Shown here one piece after another: positions 47,656 to 60,878 of a DNA stretch of 64,000 nt (its first letter is position 1; each line of letters opens with the position of its first letter). The notes under the pieces are model-generated. The model was not told the origin of the DNA. It searched no databases and worked only from the letters and a program-made list of their open reading frames with translations. The stretch spans positions 38,132,001 to 38,196,000 of the forward strand of contig CM059432.1 of assembly GCA_030390025.1 (NCBI GenBank), given 5' to 3'. This stretch comes from Squalus acanthias (taxonomy: Eukaryota). The translations under genes were made by a program, and so were the position numbers.

Positions 47656-48548
47656 GGGGGAGAAATTCAGTATCGCCCCAGTTGGGGCGCAATTATCGGC
47701 CGGGCACAAAGATTAGCGCCTGGCGCTAATTATCGCCTCCAACTGCAAACTTGACTTTTATCGCCCCTGGAGGTGATTGGAGCGCTAAATCAGGCGCTAC
47801 ACAACTGTCTTAAGGCGCAAAGGCCGAGGAGCGAGGCGCTAACTCAGAGCGCTGGCGAAGCTCATGTGATGTCAGTCAGCAATGGAACACACACACAATG
47901 GCGCCGGCCAGTTCTTAAAGGGGAGGGTTGATCTTGCTTTCCATCCACATCCTGCTCATTGCAGCCTTGAATGTCAGCCTGGAGAGACCTGTACATCAAA
48001 TCTGCTGGAAAGAACAATGGAGAGTACCAGGGAAAGAGCTCAGAGTGCAGCCCCCACAGTCTCTTCTAAATCAATACAAGGAAGGGCAAATCAAAATGAA
48101 CCTGCAAAGTGCTGCTCAGTACCCAAAACTCCTTCACACAGCGTTGAATCTCTCCAGAAGTCTCTCTCACTCTCTCTCAGAATGCGTGGTTTAAAAATGT
48201 CACCAACAAAAAAAGGCAGGAAGTGGTCGCCTTTAAATAGCGCTCGCCCAGTCCCTTCCTGACTGCAAAACACTCCCCTCAACCTGTCGCTGCTAGCGAC
48301 AGGCGGTAAGGCAGGGGGCGCCACTCAATATCCGCTCCGGGGCGCTACCGGGGCGTTGAGCATTCGACTGACGTCACGACCTGCCAGCGCAGGAGATCGT
48401 GGCGGTAGTGTTTAGCGCCGCCGCAAAATGTCTAGTTAATTTCGCGAGTGGCGCAAACATCGCCGCGCCCGGGTGCTAGTTGCTTTGCGCCCCATTAGCG
48501 CCCTCTTAAGGCGCTAACGGGAGGCGCAACCAACTGAATTTTTACCCC
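47656..48548 (+). mobile_element. Harbinger MITE derived from the 38969-42628 family
   Basis: TIRs, TSD CAT; both arms homologous to the long element. Confidence 0.9.
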
Positions 48549-49078
48549 CATGATTTTTAACATAGCAGTTTACCAACTTTAACATGGATAGCCTACTTGT
48601 TTGAAGTCCTAATTCTATAGCTGTAGTCCTAGCAATGTAAGAGATAGATAAGATCAAACACTGGTTTATTGAACGTTGATAATATGATAGGTTTGCTTAA
48701 AGACTCATTTTAAGGACTAAAGATCCAAATTACAAAGCAAGTTGTTTAACAATTATTGCGGTCTGGCAAGGACAATACAAAATGTGATCTTAAGGTGTTT
48801 GCCACTCATGGGATTTTGATTAAACTAAACTTAACCATAATACTGCATTCGCCAGTGGAAATATTTAGGGCCTCAAATGCCACAGGGGTTCTGCCAGTAA
48901 TTCCAGCAGGACTTCGGCGACATTCCCAGGAAAATCGGGAGCACAAGCCACCACACAAACATTGGGTCGCAGCTGAGGAGCAGGAGCGGGAACTCCCGAC
49001 TTAGGAAGTCCCCGCTCTTGGCCTACTATTTGGGGTTCAGGCCAGGCAAATGGCTTGGACCCTTGAACTGGAACCATT

Positions 49079-50443
49079 GGGGTAGAGTTTCCGCTTTGGG
49101 TGCAATCGGCAATCCGGGCTCAAATTGCGCCCAAAATTGCGCTAGTTTTGGGAAGTGTTTTTTTCTCTTAAATTATGAACTAGCGCAATCAGCCAGCGTT
49201 TTAGAATGTAATTTTAAAACATTGTTTTTGCTTTGAAAAATATTCCTTGATATATTTAAGAGTGGCAATTTGGTGCAGTTCGATTAATACAGCTGAAAAT
49301 GGGCTGATCACTAAAATAAGGGGCTAGAAATTCGGCTCCTTTGCACCTGCCGTTAGCACCTCTGGGGTGCCGGGGGGGAGGGTGAAAAAAGCGCCTCCCG
49401 AGAAATTTGGCGGGGCACTGCTGAAGTGCTACCCGATAGCGACGCGCCCCCGCCAGTAACACCCCGGGCCACTGCACCGCCGGCGATTATGTAATTGTTG
49501 TGCGCCGCGACCCCTTACTGCCCCGCGGCACAAATTCGGCTGCGTCCCACGAGGCTGCCAGGCGATGTCAGCGCCAGCCTCGCAGGTCGCAAAGCGGGCC
49601 GACCTCCACTCGCGAGGTGGTATTTAAAGGGGTGGTGTGGCCGCGACCTATGCCGACATTTTCTTTTACTGGCCGAGCTCCAGGTCGGCCCTCTGTGGTG
49701 TGCGTGGCGTTGTCCTAGCCACCATTGCACAGTCCAGCACCGCATCTCGGTGCCGGGCTGCGGCTGCGGCACCACACCACACCTGGTCGCCTAGTGCGGG
49801 CCATCGGAGGCCCTGCAGAGTGCACAGCGGCCCTCCCTTTAACTGAAGATGAGGGGCGTTGAAACACGGCAGCACCCCATGGAGCCTCCCCGACATCACC
49901 TCGGTTACCACCCCACCAGGAAGTGGAGCGCCCGAGATTGCACTCCACATCCTGTGCGGGGCGTACGCCGAATTTAGCGGCCGGGGCGGTACTTCCGCGC
50001 TGGTTGCTAAATGTCCGGCCTTAACTCGGTTACCGCCCCCAAACGGGGAGTAACCGAATTTCGCGCCCAAGCATTTTTAATCAGTGTCTGGTTCACCACC
50101 TGTGAGTAACCCAATTTTAAATAACCGAAAATGACTTTAAAAAACTATACAGAACCATTGCTAATTATGTTGGGGTACAGTAGTCAGTTTCTTAATAAAT
50201 AAAAAAATAAATGATATTCAAATGCTTTTAAAACATGTCTATTAGTGTCCTTGCGCCCAAAAGAACCAGCTTAATTTTAAGAGCTGCCCCGAAGGACCGC
50301 AAACAGGAGCAATTAGCGGAAACTCACCATGGTGATCTGGGGACGTGGCCACTTTTGTGGGTAGGGCCAGCTTCTAGCGAGATGTTCTTTAAACTAGCGC
50401 AAATGATCGCGGAAACTCGATTTGCGCTGATCGGAACTAGCAC
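49079..50443. mobile_element. Older Harbinger-type MITE hosting a nested MITE (ends approximate)
   Basis: Left end GGGGTAGAGTTTCCG, degenerate right end, internal inverted motifs. Confidence 0.45.
49321..50068. mobile_element. Harbinger-type GC-rich MITE
   Basis: TIRs GGGCTAGAAATTCGG/CCGAATTTCGCGCCC; TSD AAG; reverse homolog of 26594-27330. Confidence 0.8.
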
Positions 50444-51042
50444 TTGAAATTTCTCAAACTTTTGGTTGGATTGACCGATTTCGGACGAATTGCATTGAAA
50501 CCTAACAGAAAAGACACATTTCAAGGATCTGTCCCCTTGCTCATGGGCCAATTGGACCTGGGTCGGGGATGGAAATTTCCATTGCCAGGTGGCATGCGGA
50601 TGCCAGAGAGGCTTCCAAAACATGCGCTTTCACCCCCCCTGCCCCATGCTTCTGTGATGCCCTCCCACTGACCCCGCAAACACTGGTGGAATTGGTGCTG
50701 GAGGGCGCTGTTGGATGTGAAGTCGGTGTAACTGCTCGGATCAGGACTCAAGGAATTTCAGGGCCTACGTGTTCGAAGCTCTGCCTTTTCCATAAATAGT
50801 TCCTGTGTCACATATCCGTCCTTGATTGAGATTGCAGACTGCAACCTATTCCAAAGGTTGGCCAATGGTTCTCTATAATTAGTTTTAAAGAGTGGGTGTG
50901 TGTGACAATTCAACTCTCCCTGTGATTTTCTCTCTTTCAAGGGAAGCTTTCCAGATGGTCTCACTTGAGATCAGCAACTCATTGCATCAAAAATATCAGG
51001 TTTAAGTCAAACTCTTTGCCACATTGGGTCAGAGCACTATTC

Positions 51043-51580
51043 ATAAGAACATAAGAACATAAGAAACAGCAGCAGGAGTAGGCCAATCGGCCCCTCGAGC
51101 CTGCTCCGCCATTCCGTAAGATCATGGCTGATCCAATCTTGGCCTCAACACCACTTTCCCGCTCTCTCCCCATACCCCGCGACTCCCTTGTAGTTCAAAT
51201 GTCTGTCAATCTCCGCCTTGAATATATTCAATGACTCCGCCTCCACAGCTCTCTGGGGTAGAGAATTCCAAAGATTCATGACCCTCTGAGAGAAGAAATT
51301 CCTCCTCATCTCCGTCTTAAATGGACGACCCCTTATTCTGAAACTATGCCTCCTAGTTCTAGATTCCCCCACGCGGGGAAACATCCTCTCAGCATCCACC
51401 CTGTCAAACCCCCTCAGAATCTTATATGTTTCAATAAGATCACCTCTCATTCTTCTAAACTCCAATGAGTATAGGCCCAACCTGCTCAACATTTCGTCAT
51501 ACGTCAACCCCTTCATCCCAGGAATCAACCTAGTGAACCTTCTCTGCACTGCCTCCAATGCAAGTATATCCTTCCTTAAA
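51043..51580 (-). mobile_element. CR1 3' fragment
   Basis: YLRKDILALEAVQRRFTR to the C-terminus; stem-loop and tail. Confidence 0.92.
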
Positions 51581-51764
51581 TATTCAGTTGCTCTGTCACA
51601 CTGGCAAAATAATAAAGAACTATGAGGTCCTCTTAAAGGTAAGAGAGCTGAGATATTGGAGGAGGAAACCAATATGGTGGATATTGTTTAACAACAATTT
51701 TTATGTGATGTGCTCTTTTGGGAGATGGATGCATTGGAAATGCATCTAAGTTCATATAACTATT

Positions 51765-53301
51765 TGGAAATAGTGGATGCATTGACGATCATTTTCCAAC
51801 ATTCCTTAGACTCTGGATCAGTTCCGATGGAGTGGAGGGTGGCCAATGTAACCCCTCTTTTTAAAAAAGGAGGGAGGGAGAAAGCAGGGAATTATAGACC
51901 GGTCAGCCTGACATCGGTCGTGGGTAAAATGATGGAAGCAATTATTAAAGATGTCATAACAGACCATTTGGAAAGTGGCGACATGATAGGTCCAAGTCAG
52001 CATGGATTTGTGAAAGGGAAATCATGCTTGACAAATCTTCTGGAATTTTTTGAGGATGTTTCCAATAGGGTGGACAGGGGGGAACCAGTAGATGTGGTGT
52101 ATTTGGACTTTCAGAAGGCCTTCGACAAGGTCCCACACAAGAGATTGGTGAGCAAAGTTAAAGCACATGGGATTGGGGGTAATGTGTTGACGTGGATTGA
52201 GAACTGGTTGGCACACAGGAAACAAAGAGTAGGAGTAAATGGGTACTTTTCAGAATGGCAGGCAGTGACCAGCGGGGTACCGCAGGGTTCGGTGCTGGGA
52301 CCCCAGCTGTTTACATTATATATTAATGATTTGGACGAAGGGATTAAATGTAATATCTCCAAATTTGCGGATGACACTAAATTGGGAGGCAGTGTGAACA
52401 ATGAGGAGGATGCTAGGAGGCTACAGAGTGACTTGGACAGGTTGGGTGAATGGGCAAATGTATGGCAGATGAAGTACAATGTGGATAAATGTGAGGTTAT
52501 CCACTTTGGTGGTAAAAATAGAGAGGCGGACTATTACCTGAATGGTGGCAGATTAGGGAAAGGGGACGTGCAACGAGACCTGGGCGTCATGGTACATCAG
52601 TCACTGAAGGTGGGAATGCAAGTGCAGCAGGCAGTCAAGAAAGCAAACGGAATGATGGCCTTCATAGCAAGGGGATTTGAGTACAGGAGTAGGGAGGTGA
52701 TGCTACAGTTGTACAGGGCCTTGGTGAGGCCACACCTGGAGTATTGTGCGCAGTTTTGGTCTCCTAACTTAAGGAAGGACATTCTTGCTATTGAGGGAGT
52801 GCAGCGAAGGTTCACTAGATTGATTCCTGGGATGGCCGGACTGACATATCAAGAAAGATTGGGTCAACTGAACTTGTATCCTCTGGAGTTCAGAAGAATG
52901 AGGGGGGATCTTATAGAGACATTTAAAATCCTGACTGGTTTAGACAAATTAGATGCGGGCAGAATGTTCCCAATGGTAGGGAAAACTAGAACCAGGGGTC
53001 ACAGTCTAAGGATTAAGGGGAAGTCATTTAGGACTGAGCTGAGGAGGAACTTCTTCACCCAGAGAGTGGTGAATCTATGGAATTCTCTTCCACAGAAGGT
53101 TGTTGAGGCCAGTTCGCTAAATATATTCAAAACGGAGTTAGATATAACACTCACAACTAAGGGGATCAAGGGGTATGGCGAGAAAGCAGGAATGGGGTAC
53201 TGAGGTAGCATGTTCAGCCATGAACGCATTGAATGGCGGTGCAGGCTCGAAGGACCGAATGGTCTACTCCTGTACCTATTTTCTATGTTTCTATGTTTCT
53301 A
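51765..53301 (+). mobile_element. CR1 3' half with uninterrupted RT frame
   Basis: ORF 51710-53203 with RT motifs; (TTCTATGT)n tail. Confidence 0.93.
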
Positions 53302-54180
53302 TAACAAAATAGAGATTAGTAAGAAATTAGTCTTTAATAAAGTGGATTGCTTGAATATTCATAAGGCTAAGTAACAAGATGGAATACATTCAAGAATGCT
53401 TAAGGAAAGTATAGAATCTGTGACTCAGATTTTTTACAGCTGATTACATACAGTGTAGTGTCAGATGATTGGAATGTAGCTTGTGTAGTTCCCTTTATTT
53501 TAAGAAAAGGTCAGAAACCTGATCCTAGGAAATTACTTGAAAAATTGTCCGACCCAATTTCGAGTTGGACGTCTTTCAGTTGTCCTTGGGGGGCAGGATG
53601 ATGGTCCTCAAAATTGGCCCTTGTTGCACCCATTTTACGCCCGTAAAATGGACGCAACAAGATCCAATTTCTACCCGAGATGTTTCAAAAACTCTCCTAA
53701 TGACCCTTAACCTGGACAAGTGTCTGCAACATAGGAACAGGTGTAGGCCATTCAGCCCCTCGAGCCTGATCCGCCATTGAATGAGATCATAGCTGATCTG
53801 TGACCTAACTCCATATACCTGCCTTTGGCCCATATCCCTGAATATCTTTGGTTAACAGAAATCTATCAATCTCCGATTTAAAATTAACAATTGATCTAGC
53901 ATCAATTGCCATTTGCAGAAGAGAGTTCCAACCTTCTACCACCCTTTGTGTGTAGAAGTGTTTCCTAATTTCACTCCTGAAAGGTTGGGCTCTAATCTTT
54001 AGACTGTGTCCCCAGTCCTAGACTCTCCAACCAGCGGAAATAGTTTCTCTCTATCTACCCTATCTGTTCCCCTTAATATCCTGAAAACTTCGATTAGATC
54101 TCCCCTTAACCTTCTAAATTCTAGGGAATACCACCCTAATTTGTGTAATCTATCCTTGTAACTTAACCCTTGAAGTCATA

Positions 54181-55070
54181 GGGGGAGAAATTCAGTATCG
54201 CCCCATTTGGGGCACAATTATCGGCCGGACGCAAAGATTAGCGCCTGGCGCTAATTATCGCCTCCGACTGCAAACTTGGCTTTTATCGCCCCTGGAGGTG
54301 ATTGGAGCGCTAAATCAGGCGCTTCACAACTGTCTTAAGACGCAAAGGCCGAGGAGCGAGGCGCTACCTCAGAGCGCTGGCGAATCTCATGTGATGTCAG
54401 TCAGCAATGGAACATAGACACAATGGTGCCGGCCAGTTCTTAAAGGGCAGGGTTGATCTTGCTTTCCATCCACATCCTGTTCATTGCAGCCTTGAATCTC
54501 AGCCTGGAGAGACCTGTACATCAAATCTGCTGGAAAGAACAATGGAGAGAACCAGGGAAAGAGCTCAGAGTGCAGCCCCCACAGTCTCTTCTAAATCGAT
54601 ACAAGGAAGGGCAAATCAAAATGAACCTGCAAAGTGCTGCTCAGTACCCAAAACTCCTTCACACAGCGTTGAATCTCTCCAGAAGTCTCTCTCTCTCTCA
54701 GAATGCGTGGTGCAAAAATGTCACCAACAAAAAAAGGCAGGAAGCGGTCGCCTTTAAATAGCGCTCCCCCAGTCCCTTCCTGACTGCAAAACGCTCCCCT
54801 CAACCTGTCATTGCTAGCGTCAGGCAGTAAGGCAGGGGGCGCCACTCAATATCTGGTCCGGGGCGCTACCGGGGCGTTGCGCACTCGACTGACGTCACGA
54901 TCTGCCGGCGCAGGAGATCGTGGCAATAGTGTTTAGCACCGCCGCAAAATGTCTAGTTAATTTTGTGAGCGGCGCAAACATCACCACGCACGGGCGCTAG
55001 TTGCTTTGCGCCCCATTAGCGCCCTCTTAAGGCGCTAACGGGAGGTGCAAACCAACTGAATTTTTCTCCC
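54181..55070 (+). mobile_element. Harbinger MITE (same subfamily as 47656-48548)
   Basis: TIRs, TSD ATA. Confidence 0.9.
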
Positions 55071-55081
55071 ATAGAGTCATA

Positions 55082-55781
55082 GGGGGCTAAATTCGGTTGA
55101 TTTGCGCCTCCTGTTAGTGCCCTAAGAGGGCGCTAATGGGGCGCAAATCAACTAGCGCCTGGGCACGGCGCCGCTAACGCCTCCCGCTAAATTAAAAGGG
55201 AGGTTAGCAGCGACGCTGCACCGCCGGCGATGATGTCATCGCCGTGCACAGCACCCCACTCGCACCCTGGCTGCAATATTGGGTGGTGCCCCCCGACTTA
55301 CCGCCGGTCGCTATGTCCACCGGGGTCAGGGGGGCCTACCTGCGGCCAGGGCGGCACTAGTTAAAGGGGAGGTGGCAGGCGGCCATTTTAGTTGCTGGCC
55401 GTCTGACAGCACCTGCCCCGGTTGCCGTCCCCGGCCCCCGTGAAGCCCGTGCCGGCTGCTTTCCGTGAGCCCGGCACTTCTCTTGAGTGCCAGGCTCGTT
55501 TGCCGGCACTCCCGTTCCCTGGTGGCCCAGCTGGGTCTGGGACGCGCTGCGCCAGGTTCCTCCCCTTTAATAAAGGGAGGAAGGCCTGCAGTACTTAGCG
55601 CTGCGATATTGGCTCGCAGCGCCCCAAGAGGGACGCGGGGCGCTTCCAGTAGTGCCCCTCCTCCCTCTTGGGGCGCTACCTGGGAAAATCGGCCGCGGGG
55701 GCACTAACCTTTTCGTGGCGCTAAAATTCACGCCCCAGAGAAGGTAGCACCCCAAAGGGAGCGCTACCCAATTTTTACCCC
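55082..55781. mobile_element. Harbinger-type GC-rich MITE
   Basis: TIRs GGGGGCTAAATT/AATTTTTACCCC; TSD ATA. Confidence 0.85.
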
Positions 55782-57090
55782 ATAGAGTCATAACTCTCTA
55801 TAACTCTATGAAGTCCGCGTATCATGCTGGTAAACCTACGCTGCACTCCCTCCAAGGCCAATATATCCTTCCTAAGGTGTGGTGCCCAGAACTGCTCAGA
55901 GTACTCCAGGTGTAGTCTAACCAGAGTTTTGTATAGCTGCAGCATAACTTCTACCCCCTTGTATTGTAGTCCTCCAGATATAAAGGCCAGCATTCCATTA
56001 GCCTTTTTGATTATTTTCTGTACCTGTTCATGACATTTTAATGATCCATGTACCTGGACCCCCAAGTCTCTTTGGACCTCCACTGATTTTAGCCTTTCAT
56101 CATTTGAAAAGTACCCTGTTCTATCCTTTTTAGATCCAAAATGGATGACCTCACATTTGCCTACTTAAAATCCATTTGCCACAGTTTTGCCCATTCACTT
56201 AATCTGTCAATATCCCTTTGTAATTTTATGCTTCCATCTACACTGCCTACAGTGCCGCCTATCTTTGTGTCATCTGCAAATTTGGATATATGATTTTCTA
56301 TGCCATCATCTAAGTCGTTAATAAATACTGTGAATAGCTGAGGCCCCAACACAGATCCCTGCGGGACACCACTAGTCACATCCTGCCAATTTGAGTACCT
56401 ACCCATTATCCCCACTGTCTGTCTCCTGCCGCTCAGCCAATTTCCTAACCAGGTCAATAATTTGCCCTCAATTCTGTGGGCTTCTACCTTAGTTAACAGT
56501 CTCTTCTGTGGGACTTTATCAAATGCCTTCTGGAAGTCCATAAAAATAACATCTATAGACATTCCCCTGTCCACTACTTTAATCACCTCTTCAAATAATT
56601 CAATCAGGTTCGTCAGGCATGACCTACATTTCACAAATCCATGCTGACTCTCTCTGATCAACTGAAAATTTTCGAGGAGTTCAGTCACCCTATCCTTAAT
56701 TATAGACTCAAGCAATTTCTCGACAACAGATATTAGGTTAACTGGTCTATAATTCCCTGGTTTCCCTCTTTCACCATTTTTAAATAGTGGAGTGACATGC
56801 ACAATTTTCCAATCTAAAGGAACGGTTCCTGAATCGAGAGAACTTTGGAAGATTATAGTTAGGGCATCTGCAATGTGCTCACCTAGTTCCTTTAAAACCC
56901 TGGGATGGAAACCATCTGTTCCTCAGGATTTGTCAATCTTTAGTGCCATTATTTTCTTCATTACTGTTATTTTACTTACAATAATTTTATTAAGTCCCTG
57001 TCCCTGATTCAGTATTAGTTTCCTTGGGATTTCTGGCATGCTATCCTCTTCCTCTGCTGTAAATACTGACGTAAAGTAATTATTCAACAT

Positions 57091-58240
57091 AATAAGAACA
57101 TAAGAACATAAGAAATAAGAGCAGGAGTAGGCCATTCGGCCCTTCGAGCCTGCTCCGCCATTCAATGAGATCATTGCTGATCTTCTGCCTCAATTCCATT
57201 CACCAGCCTTATCGCCATATCCCTTGATGCCCTTACTAGTCAGAAATCTATCGACTTCTGTTTTGAATATACCAATGACTGAGCCTCCACAGCCCTCTGG
57301 GGTAGAGAATTCCAAAGATTCACCACCCTCTGTGTGAAGAAATTTCTTCTCATCTCAGTCCGGAATGGCCTACCCTTTATCCTGAGGCTGTGGCCCCTGG
57401 TTCTAGACTCCCCAGCCAAGGGAAACATTCTCCCAGTATCCACCCTATCAAGCCCTGTAATAATTTTGTATGCTTCAATGAGATCCCTCTCATTCTTCTG
57501 AATTCAAGAGAATACAGGCCTAGTTTACTCAATCTCTTCTTATACGACAGTCCCGCCATCCCAGGAATCAATCTCGTGAACCTTCGTTGCACTCCCTCTA
57601 TGGCAAATATATCCTTCCTTAGGTAAGGAGACCAAAATTGTACACAGTACTCCAAGTGTGGTCTCGCCAAGGCCCTATATAATTGGAGTAAGACTTCTTT
57701 ACTCCTGTACTCAAATCTTCTTGTAATGAAGGCCAGCATACCATTTGCCTTCCTAATGGCTTGCTGCACCTGCACACTCACTTTCAGTGACTCATGTACA
57801 AGGACACCCAGGTCCCTTTGAGCATTTGCATTCCCCAATCTTTCACCATTTAGGAAATACTCTGCCTTTCTGTTTTTTCTACCAAAGTGGATAACTTCAC
57901 ATTTATCCACATTATAATCCATCTGCCATGTTCTCGCCCACTCACTGAGCCTGTCGAGATCCCCTTGAAGCCTCTTCACATCCTCTTCGCAACTGACACT
58001 GCCACCTAGCTTTGTGTCATCAGCAAATTTGGAAATGTTACATTTAGTCCCCTCATCCAAATCATTGATATAGATTGTGAATAGCTGGGGCCCAAGCACT
58101 GATCCTTGCGGTACCCCACTAGTCACAGCCTGCCATCCTGAAAAAGACCCGTTTATCCCTACTCTTTGTTTTCTGTCTGTTAACCAATTCTCAATCCATG
58201 CTAGTATATTACCCCCAATTCCATGTGCCCTAATTTTGTT
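57091..58240 (-). mobile_element. Younger CR1 3' part nested in the old CR1
   Basis: KIRAHGIGGN...FADD to the 3' end, with (TTCTTATG)n tail. Confidence 0.9.
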
Positions 58241-58287
58241 CATGTCTGCCATTACCTTATTATCATTGATAATATCACCACTTTCAG

Positions 58288-58792
58288 TTTTGGATCGGGT
58301 GGATGCGGGGAGGATGTTCCCAATGACGGGTGAGACTAGAACTAGGGGACATAGTCTTAGAATAAGGGGCTGCTCTTTCAAAACTGAGATGAGGAGGAAC
58401 TACTTCACTCAGAGGGTGGTAGGTCCATGGAATATGCTGCCACAAAAAGCTGTAGAAGCTACATCATTAAATAAATTTAAAACAGAAATAGACAGTTTCC
58501 TAGAAGTAAAGGGCATTAAGGGTTACGGGGAGCGGGCAGGAATTTGGACATGAGTCTAGGTTCGGATCAGTCATGGCCCTGTGGGTAGTGGAGCGGGCCC
58601 AGGGACCGTGTAGCCTGATTCTGCTTCTATTTCGTGTGTGCAATTCTGTTAGATGCAGGAGATGGTTCTGTGATAGATAGTAGATTGGCGGTTAGGATCA
58701 GATCAGCCATGATCTTATTGAATGGCGGAGCAGGCTCGAGGGGCCGATTGGCCTACTCCTGCTCCTATTTCTTATGTTCTTATGTTCTTATG
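58288..58792 (+). mobile_element. CR1 3' fragment with extended 3' UTR
   Basis: LDRVDAGRMFP...KGYGE; tail at 58768-58792. Confidence 0.85.
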
Positions 58793-59175
58793 TTAAGGGG
58801 CCAACATTGCTCCTGACCATCCTCTTTTTACTAATATAATTGTATAAACTTTTTATGTTGATTTTGATATCCCTTGCAAGTTTCTTTTCATACTCCCTTT
58901 TTGTAGCTCTTTCTATCTGTTTTGTGACCCTTTGCTGTTCTTTGTATATTTCCCATTTGCCAGGATCTGTGCTAGTTTTTGCATTTTTGTATGCTTTTTC
59001 TTTTAGTTTTACACTGTCCCTTACCTCTTTAGTCATCCATGGCTGTTTGTTTTGGCAAGTAGAGCTCTTACCCCTCAGGGGTATAAACTGGTTCTGTATC
59101 ATATTAAATTCTTTTTTGAACATCTCCCACTGATCTTCTGTCGTTTTACCCATTAACAGATTTGCCCAGTTTAGA

Positions 59176-60878
59176 TGTAGGTGAGGTTTTAAATGAATAT
59201 TTTGCATCTGTGTTCACGATGGAGAAGGACGATGTAGGCATAGAAATCAGGCAGGGGGATTGTGATATACTTGAACAAATTAGTATTGAGAGGGAGGAGG
59301 TACTAGCGGTTTTAGCGGGCTTAAAAGTGGATAAATCCCCAGGCCTAGACGAGATGTATCCCAGGCTGCTGTGTGAGGCAAGGGAGGAGATTGCAGGGGC
59401 TCTGACACAAATTTTCAGAAACTCTCTGGCCACAGGGGAGGTGCCAGAGGACTGGAGAACAGCTAACGTAGTACCATTATTCAAGAAGGGTGGTAGGGAT
59501 AAACCAGGGAATTACAGGCCAGTGAGCCTAACATCAGTGGTAGGGAAATTATTGGAAAAAATTCTGAGGGACAGAATTAGTCTCCACTTGGAGAGGCAAG
59601 GATTAATCAAGGATAGTCAGCATGGCTTTGTCAGGGGGAGATCATGTCTAACCAATTTGATTGAATTTTTCGAGGGGGTGACTAGGTGTGTGGATGAGGA
59701 TAGTGCAGTTGATGTAGTCTACATGGACTTCAGTAAGGCTTTTGACAAAGTTCCACATGGGAGACTGGTCAAGAAGGTAAGATCCCATGGGATCCAGGGC
59801 AATTTGGCACATTGGATCCAAAATTGGCTTAGTGGCAGGAGGCAGAGGGTGATGGTCGAAGGTTGTTTTTGTGACTGGAAGCCTGTGTCCAGTGGTGTAC
59901 CGCAGGGATCGGTGCTGGGTCCTTTGCTGTTTGTAGTGTACATTAATGATTTAGATATGAATGTAGGAGGTATGATCAGTAAGTTCGCAGATGACACGAA
60001 AATTGGTGGAGTGGTAAATAGCGAGGAGGGAAGCCTCAGGCTACAAGACGATATAGACGGGTTGGTTAGATAGGCAGAACAGTGGCAAATGGAATTTAAC
60101 CCTGAAAAGTGTGAGGTGATGCATTTTGGGAGGACTAACAAGGCAAGGGAATACACAATGAATGGTAGGATCCTAGGAAGGACAGAGGATCAGAGGGACC
60201 TTGGTGTGCATGTACCTAGATCCCTGAAGGCAGCAGGACAGGAAGATAAGGTGGTTAAAAAGGCATATGGGATACTTGCCTTTATTAGCCGAGGCATAGA
60301 ATATAAGAGCAAGGAGGTTATGATGGAGCTGTACAAAACGCTAGTTAGGCCACAGCTGGAATAGGAAGGATGTGATTGCATTGGAGAGGGTGCAGAGGAG
60401 ATTCACCAGGATGTTACCTGGGCTGGAGCGCTTCAGCTATGAAGAGAGATTGGACAGGCTGGGGTTGTTTCCCTTAGAGCAGCGAAGGCTGAGGGGGGAC
60501 CTGATTGAGGTGTACAAAATTATGAGGGGCATAGATAGGGTAGATAGAAAGGAACTTTTCCCCTTAGTGGAGGGGTCAATAACCAAGGGGTATAGTTTCA
60601 AGGTAAGGGGCAGGAGGTTTAGAGGGGATTTGAGGAAAAACTTTTTCACCCAGAGGGTGGTTGGAATCTGGAACTCACTGCCTGAAAGGGTGGTAGAGGC
60701 AGGAACCCTCACAACATTCAAGAAGCATTTAGATGAACACTTGAAACGCCATAGCATACAAGGCTATGGACCAAGTGCTGGAAAATGGGATTAGAATAGA
60801 CAGGGCTTGATGGCCGGCGTGGACACGATGGGCCAAAGGGCCTCTTTCTCTGCTGTATAACTCTATGATTCTATGACT
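59176..60878 (+). mobile_element. CR1 3' half with one stop and a small deletion
   Basis: ORFs 59162-60073, 60089-60364, 60372-60794; CTATGA(T/C)T tail. Confidence 0.92.

Noticed and set aside
47882..48262. Repeated MEHTHNG... ORFs (also 54407 and 62429) as a gene family
   Set aside because: Incidental frames across MITE arms, with differing ends among copies
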